NCBI RefSeq assembly: GCF_009914755.1 | Contig: NC_060928.1 | Direction: 5' to 3' (one strand) | Source: the human T2T-CHM13v2.0 reference genome, Homo sapiens | DNA length: 64,000 nt | Shown here: one piece after another, positions 56,792 through 64,000 of the stretch | Layout of the letters: every line of letters starts with the position of its first letter | Numbering within the stretch: position 1 is the first letter of the stretch | Notes under the pieces: generated by a model | Told to the model about the DNA's origin: nothing | What the model saw: only the letters and a program-made list of their open reading frames with translations | Databases searched by the model: none | Translations under genes and position numbers: made by a program

Positions 56792-59732
56792 GGCATCAAA
56801 TTTGTTTTATGTGATTTTAGAACTTACCATCATATCAAGTCCATTCATATTTTCCCAAATTAGATTTGGTAAGATAAACTCCTCCATTGACATATTTCTT
56901 AACATTATGGGGTTTCCTGAGCTTAATTTTTGCTTCCGGTCATCTGTAGGATTGCTTAGGGCATTCACTGGGAGTCTGGGAGTACTTAGCTTTGTACATG
57001 GAGGGATTGTGAGGACAGAGAGTCACTGGCCTCCCTCCAGCCTGCATGTACTATTCCATCCCACCATGAAAAAAACAACAAACGAATTCCCAATCCTTCC
57101 CTCCTCTATCAAATGAGTTCCATTGTTACAGAGTCTTCTTTGTGTCTTAAATAATTTTCTATTAATAAGGAAACTTAGTAAACTGGAAATAATTCTAGGT
57201 GGTATCACACCTTTATTAACAGCTATCAAATCATATTTGGAATGATTAAATTTGAACCACAATAGCAGACCTGAAAATTAGCCTCTTTGGAAATATGATG
57301 TGCAATATGAATATTTGTATATACAGGAGGTCATTATGATGGTCAGGTTTGAGGAAGTTTTAAGGAGAAGAGGACTCCTGAAAGGAGAAAGAAAGAGTGA
57401 CCAAAAAACTTTACCACTAGACCTAGGACTCAGAGTGAAAATGTTGATGTAACAGAAACATGATTATGATTTATTCCATATTTCAGAATTGTTGGATGAC
57501 AAGTTTATCATATGGCAAAGAATAAGTATACCCTTGATTTTGATATTTAAATAAAAGGCATCTGATAATACCATCTCCAGAGAATAAAGTTTTATAAATT
57601 TAAAATCCACCCCTGCCTCCCAGACTGTAGTCGCTGAGTTTTACTCCAAATATTTTCTTAAAAATAAAAGTAAGTGAACTTGTTTTCTTCTCCCGGTTTT
57701 GCTGAGAACACAAAGATTTCAATTTACTTTGATGCCAATTATTCCAGGCAATAAAAGACACAATTTTTTCATGGTAAAATGTCTTCCAGGAAGCTACAGA
57801 ACTGTGTATAATAAAAATACTTAGGTGAAGAGAATATCTGTTGAATTGATGTGCTTTTGAATATTTCTTTTTAAATTTTATGAGCTGTCTCCTGTTCTAT
57901 CCTTTTCTTGATCTCAGAGAAATGAAGAGGGCTTTAAAAGTGGAAAATATACATCTTTCTCTGTATGTTGCTTTTAACAAACTATGTGATAGTATATGTC
58001 ACCCAGGATTTGAAAAATGAAGTGACTACATCCTCTCTGGCAGAAGAATATCTTTTAAGCTTAGTAATGTAGAGCATAGTATTGGATATAATATATACTA
58101 CCTTTCACTTTCCCTTAGACTATCAAATAAACTTACAGCTAGTAGAGAGGACCACATTAGATCATCTACTTTTCAGGTAAGCTGGTGTATTCTAAAGCTT
58201 TTTGTATGGTATGCTTATTCTCTTCATAATAAGGCATAACACGTATCTCTTGACATGTTTGCAATCCCAGTGAATAAATGAGCAAATATATTTATGATTC
58301 TCATGATGAAAGACATCTGGTGGTATTATCATAGTCTTAATATATATAGGCTACTACTATTAGGGCCTAGAATTCTTCCCATATGGACTGCCAATATGTT
58401 CCTAATTGCAAGTAATGGCAATAGTAAAAGTTCTAATTGGTTAAATGCATTCTATATTTTTTTCTGCTATGTATAATCTTTCATAGGATTATCATTTTCT
58501 GGAATTCTGTCTTCCTTAACTGTCTATAACCCACTGCTCTTTCTTACTGTCAGTTGACGGAACCTTCTGGTGTGAGACAGGTCATCTTCTTCCTCCCCCC
58601 ATAGAGAAGATAAGAACTAGGCAGCTTATAAACCGCTATAGAACTCTAGGTCAAGTCTGGCCAGTAGGACCTAAAGATAGAAGATAGACAAGAAGAGCCA
58701 GAGAGCAGGGTGGAGAATGAGAGATGGCGCATGGGGAAATTGGTAAGGATGGAAACACACTGTGGAGGTATCCAGGTAAAGAAGGAAGCAGTGAAAGCTA
58801 GTATGTTTTGGATTGTTTTTATGTTTCGTGTTACAAACCTGCTTAACATGAACTTGTGGGCAAGAATAGGGGTTCTAACTTCCATTTTGTTAGTCACCCC
58901 GATAGTTTTCATGGTCAAGCCCTTGAGGGGCTATTTCCTTGGTCATGGTTGAGGCACAGGAATCCTTGGTGAGGTTGAGAATCTCTGGTCCATTTAACCA
59001 GCCACATTGTGGCTCCAGATTCTCTGAATTTCTCTCTGGTCCCCAAAGACAGTACTGCTGGGTGTCTTTGTCCCACAAGAGGGACACCAACCTCTCATCC
59101 TCTGTTTCTTTTTCTTTTTTTCCTTTTTCGGCCTACAAGAACTTCCTCTTGTTGCTTTCACAGACCCTTAGAACAACCTTCAGAGAGTAGACTGCAAGAA
59201 AACAAAAACAAGTGAGCAAAGAGTCTTTCAGAAAACTTTCACTTTGGGGTTCAATAAACAGACCTCTTCTGAAGAGCGGTGCTTAAAGACAGCTTGTGAC
59301 AAGTGTGGGTGTGAGAAGACAAAACTCAGTGACAAATAAAACAGTATATGTACTAATAAATTATTCTGAGAGTTCTCAGCACATCCTCCCGCAGATCCTT
59401 ATAACTTTTTCATGAAATTTCTGCACTAAGCAGAATAATGCAGTCTAGTAACAGAGCTTGACCATCATTACACTTCAGAATGTGTGTACTGTCTAGCGCT
59501 TATGGGATCCCACAGCTGTCCCAAGTTGCATCCTTTTGCTATTAAATATCATCCAATTGTGCTTTTAAGCTATGCTAAGCTGCTCCCATAATGGTGTTTT
59601 TGTCTTTCCTGGGAGATAAGAAATTGCTGCTAAAACAACCTAGAATTTCCTGGCATTTATTTCTTTACTTGTTTCTTTTCATGATGAGAAAAGCTTCTTC
59701 TATGTTATTTTATAAATAATTGTTTTTAAAAT

Positions 59733-59862
59733 TACCAGGGTATAGTGGCTTAAGCCTGTAATCCCAGCACTTTGAGAGCCTGAGGTGGGAGAATGGCTTG
59801 AGGCCAGTAGTTTGAGACCAGCCTGGACAGCAGAGTGAGATCCCATCTCTACAGAAATAAAA
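59733..59862 (+). mobile_element. FLAM_C-like Alu monomer
   Basis: Single arm (gtggcttaagcctgtaatcccagcactttg...gagatcccatctctac) plus A-rich tail. Confidence 0.85.
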
Positions 59863-59876
59863 GGACATAAAGCTAA

Positions 59877-60181
<305 letters not shown>

Positions 60182-61699
60182 CTGAAATTGCATTAATTTA
60201 ATCTAAGCATGTGTAGATATGTGATGGCCATATTTTTTATGCTTATATAATCACATGCAATTTTTATATGGATATGGATGAGTGTGGTGTGTGTGTATAT
60301 ATATCTATATATATATAGATATAGATATATACACAATAAGTCCTTTCATAAAGTTACCTGCATTCCTAAAAATAACTATGCTATGCACAATCAAGCAATA
60401 AAAACCACAGAGCTCATGAAAAAAAAATGATCATGGGACAAAGCATTCAACATTTTCATCAGTGACATATTTTTTAAAAAGACAGGAACCTAATAAAAAC
60501 AGTAGCAGAGCTTTACACATAAAAAATGATTGAAAAATCCACAAGTACTGCAATAAAAATGTGGCACTTAACCTTTAAAAAATTACCACATTTTTCAGGT
60601 CTTTTGTGTCAGTGGGTGTTGAATGGGCTGCAGCTTCTGAGTTACTGTGAAGTAGTGGAAAGAGGGTTCTCTGAATCTGGAAGTTTGTATCATCAAGTGT
60701 GGATGGGTGTAGATCATAGTCCCAGGCACCAAACATAACACTCAAGTGATCTTTTACAGCCTTAAATCCTGGTGTAGATTTTTGTGTCTTTGAAATATAG
60801 ACCCTCTGAGCACGTGGTTATAATAGATATTTTATTTGATCAACATTGAATATTTGACCCAATGTACAGTCTTCTTCTTTAATTAACTTTGGTATTAGTG
60901 TGGACATTTTATTTTAGGCTTTCTCTGCACCTGCAGCTTTGCTCAACAGCTGAAGGCTTTGCAAATTTTAGAGAGGTTTGAAACCACTAAACCAACCACT
61001 ACAAGCACTAACAGTTCTCACTTTTGCAGGATTCAGCTTTGTCTCTTTAAGATCTTCACAGGTAGATAGTTGCTCACCCTGCTAGGCATTATGAACCAGG
61101 ATAATGAAATACATTTGAGATATTGAATGAGTTTTTTTTTAAATACATATAGAAAAGTTCTTAAATAAGCAGGAAACAGAAGATAATCTTGTAGGAGAAA
61201 ACATACAGTGAACTGAGGTGGCCGGTAAGTGTTTGTGGCGTGTGCATGCAGGTGTTATGTGTATTCCTACCGTCTGGTTCAGCTGGGAGCGGTTTTCTGC
61301 TTTCACCTGGTGTTTCTAATAAAGAAGTCTCACATAAGCTCACTGAAAATTCGCATTATGCTCCAAATGTTCCCAAATATATCCATCACATAGGGACAAA
61401 TTTGTGTTTCAGAACAAGTGCTGTAGCTGAAATGTGGTAAATGTGTGTCGTATACAAATACACCATACACATTTTATATAATTTGTGTATGTATGTGTGA
61501 CAATTTTACTGTTTTGTTATTTCCTTTCCCCTGCAGATAGACAAAAAAAAAAAAAAAAAAAAAACCCAACACCCTGTCGTATTTTTTTTTGGTACTACAA
61601 AAATCCTGCAATAAAGCATGTGCACAGAGATTTGCGTTCTTTTATTTATTTATTTAAAAGAGAGCAGTAGAATGACACCTTTTGGCTACAAGAATATCT

Positions 61700-61752
61700 C
61701 TACATCTCTATCTATCTATCATCTACCTCTATCTATCTATCTGTCTGTCTGC

Positions 61753-61806
<54 letters not shown>

Positions 61807-61814
61807 GTCTATCT
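61700..61814. repeat. Compound (TCTA)n/(TCTG)n tetranucleotide STR occupying an Alu tail
   Basis: Longest pure run is (CTAT)13 at 61753-61804. Confidence 0.95.
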
Positions 61815-62099
61815 AGGACCAGGTATTGCTCTGTTGCCCAGGCTAGAGGGCAGTGGCACGATCACAGTTCACTGCAGCTTTGAGCTTCTGGGCTCAAACC
61901 ACCATCCTCCCATTTCAACTCCTGAGTAGCAAGGACTGTAGGGGTATCCCACCATGACCAGCTAATTTTGTAATTTTTTGTAGAAACAGAGTCTTGCCTA
62001 TGTTGCCCAGGCTAGGCTCAAACCCCTGGCCCCAAGCAATCCTCCTGTGTCAGCCTCCCAACATGCTTAGATTACAAGCATGAGCCACTGTGCCTGGCC
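61815..62099 (-). mobile_element. AluJ
   Basis: Antisense dimer. TSD-like AAGAATATCT (61690-61699) / AAGAACATCT (62100-62109). Confidence 0.92.
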
Positions 62100-62109
62100 A
62101 AGAACATCT

Positions 62110-62900
62110 ATATTTTTAATGTAAATCAATATTGCCACATCACTTTTCTAAACGGCTAGAACAAATCATTTTTATGCCAACAATATTTAAGAATATTATC
62201 TCTTGAATCTTCACCAATAGTAGATGTTATCATTTTAAAATATCCTTTGAAATCTAATAGGTCATTGATATATCATTGTTATGTTAATTTGCACTTACCT
62301 GAACAATAGAGAGAATGAAAATATTTTCGGACATCTTAGCCGCCACCTGTATTGGCTTTGTTATGATTTCAGTATTCTATCTTGTGTTCATTTATCTGTT
62401 GAGTTGTTTCTTTGTATTATTAATTTATAAGTGTCATTGTATATTATATAATTAATCTTTTGTTAGTCATGTACCTTACAAATAGTTCTCAAGTTTATAA
62501 CTATAAACTGGTTTTGTTGATTTTTTTACAAATATGTTAATGTTTATGTAGTCAACTATGTATCTTTTCTTATTCTGATTCACTTGCTTTTTTATTTAAT
62601 TTCTTTTTCATACGTATTCTTCAGGTCAAGTATGTGGCTGTCATAGTCATCACTGCTATCTGCAAATGTTTGCATGTCATTCTATCACCTGGACAGGTAG
62701 ACGATGTCCTTGATATAGTCTTTTCTTTCAATAGTTTATAGACGTAATTCCCCCATTTTCTAGTGCCCAAAGATGTAGTAAACGTTCATTATTAGATGAT
62801 TTACTTTTCTTTTGTAAGTTACTTCTTTTTTTCTGACAGAAAGGTTACAATTGTATATGTTTCTATTTTGATCAATTGATTGATTGGTACTTGGAATCTG
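62110..62900 (-). mobile_element. Old L1M 3' fragment
   Basis: tatcattgttatgttaatttgcacttacctga...ttgttcatttatctgttgagttgtttctt...tatgtagtcaactatg. Boundaries approximate. Confidence 0.6.
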
Positions 62901-63127
62901 GTAGGTAACTTTTCTTATCAGCCTTACCTAGAACTAAGTCAGCCCTGTCTGCTTAAGTATTTATTCAGCTCAGGCGCATTAGATACTCATTGTAGCCTCA
63001 ATTTCATCAATTACTTCTTCTCTTCTTGAAATGTATATTATTTAAATAGTAACCTCCTCAATCTTCCAATTTACCTCCAATCTTGTACTTCCACTGCCCC
63101 AGACAATATCTGAAAAGCCCTGAATTC

Positions 63128-63428
63128 TTTTGTTTGTTTGTTTTGGGAAATGGTCTCACTCTATTGCCCAGGTTGGAGTGCACTGGCGCTATCTTGTCTC
63201 ACCACAGCCTCGACCTCCTGAGGTGATCAGGTGATCCTCCCACCTCAGCCTCCCAAGTAGTTGGGACTACAGTTGTACGCCAGAACATCCAGCTAATTCT
63301 TTGTAATTTTGTTGAGACAGGGTTTTGCCATGATACCTAGGATGGTCTCGAACTCCTGGGCTCAAGTAATTCACTGCCTCTGCCTCCCAAAACGATAGTA
63401 TTACAAGTGTGAGCCACTGCACCTGACC
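63128..63428 (-). mobile_element. AluJ
   Basis: Antisense dimer with a (TTTG)n tail, flanked by CTGAATT on both sides. Confidence 0.92.
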
Positions 63429-63543
63429 CTGAATTATTTTAATGCAGGTAGGTATTTGAAAGCCTAGGAATGAGGGCTAGTTATTTCATGGTTTCTGACA
63501 TGTCATTGCTTCCAGGCCTACTCGGTGAACAAAGCATGAAAAT

Positions 63544-63544
<1 letters not shown>

Positions 63545-63584
<40 letters not shown>
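63545..63584. repeat. (GT)20 microsatellite
   Basis: Perfect GT run. Confidence 0.97.
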
Positions 63585-63586
<2 letters not shown>

Positions 63587-64000
63587 ATGTGATGGGTCTA
63601 AAAATGTATCTCCCTAGTGACTTCACGAAAGGACTGTGTGAGTTCTCTCAGCTGCTGGGAGTACACTTAGCAGCAAACATGAGCTCCCAGGCCCTACAGG
63701 GTCTATATTTTTAATTTAAATCAATAAAATATTCTTAGCTTCACAGACCTGTCTCACCCAAGTCCATATTCTTCATGAACAAACACACATCTAATGACTG
63801 CCCATCTCGGGATAAAAAGACCTGATGTTTGAGCCCACTGCAGGGTAGGTCTGAAAGGCCATATGTGCTTCAAAGCACCCCTTAAAGTTGGCCAAGTCTT
63901 GAGAATAAATTACTTTTCCCTTTGCCCACCCCCACCCCCGCCTTCTATAGGTGTTCATCCCTTATGAATATCTTGCATATCAAACTCTGGCTTAGTGTCT

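Overview
This is AT-rich, repeat-rich primate (very probably human) genomic DNA, as shown by the AluJ/S/Y, THE1, MIR, L2 and L1M content. It reads as intergenic or deep-intronic. I found no recognisable protein-coding gene, tRNA/rRNA, CpG island or CRISPR array. The supplied ORFs are mostly repeat-derived or chance frames. Well-supported features are about 14 Alu/FLAM/FRAM copies (many with TSDs), a full LTR-int-LTR THE1C-type MaLR element (18332-20617), solo LTRs (MSTD, MLT1, THE1, MER61-like, LTR27/28-like, MER34-like), a MER6 DNA transposon with an expanded GT-rich minisatellite, old L1 fragments, several STRs and a 6 x 42-bp palindromic minisatellite (52120-52373). The best leads are inferences from motifs. 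They include a myogenic-type promoter/enhancer module (about 1485-1602) and minus-strand exon candidates, including a 15-nt microexon, downstream of a THE1C 5' LTR with an intact DUX4-type site. A plus-strand chain of exon-like segments runs from a THE1 LTR donor to a polyA signal (56440-61640). The 42-bp array carries kB-like sites, and there is a templated-insertion scar at 28830-28916. Repeat subfamily names come from recalled consensus sequences and need RepeatMasker/Dfam confirmation. I found no convincing new biological system.
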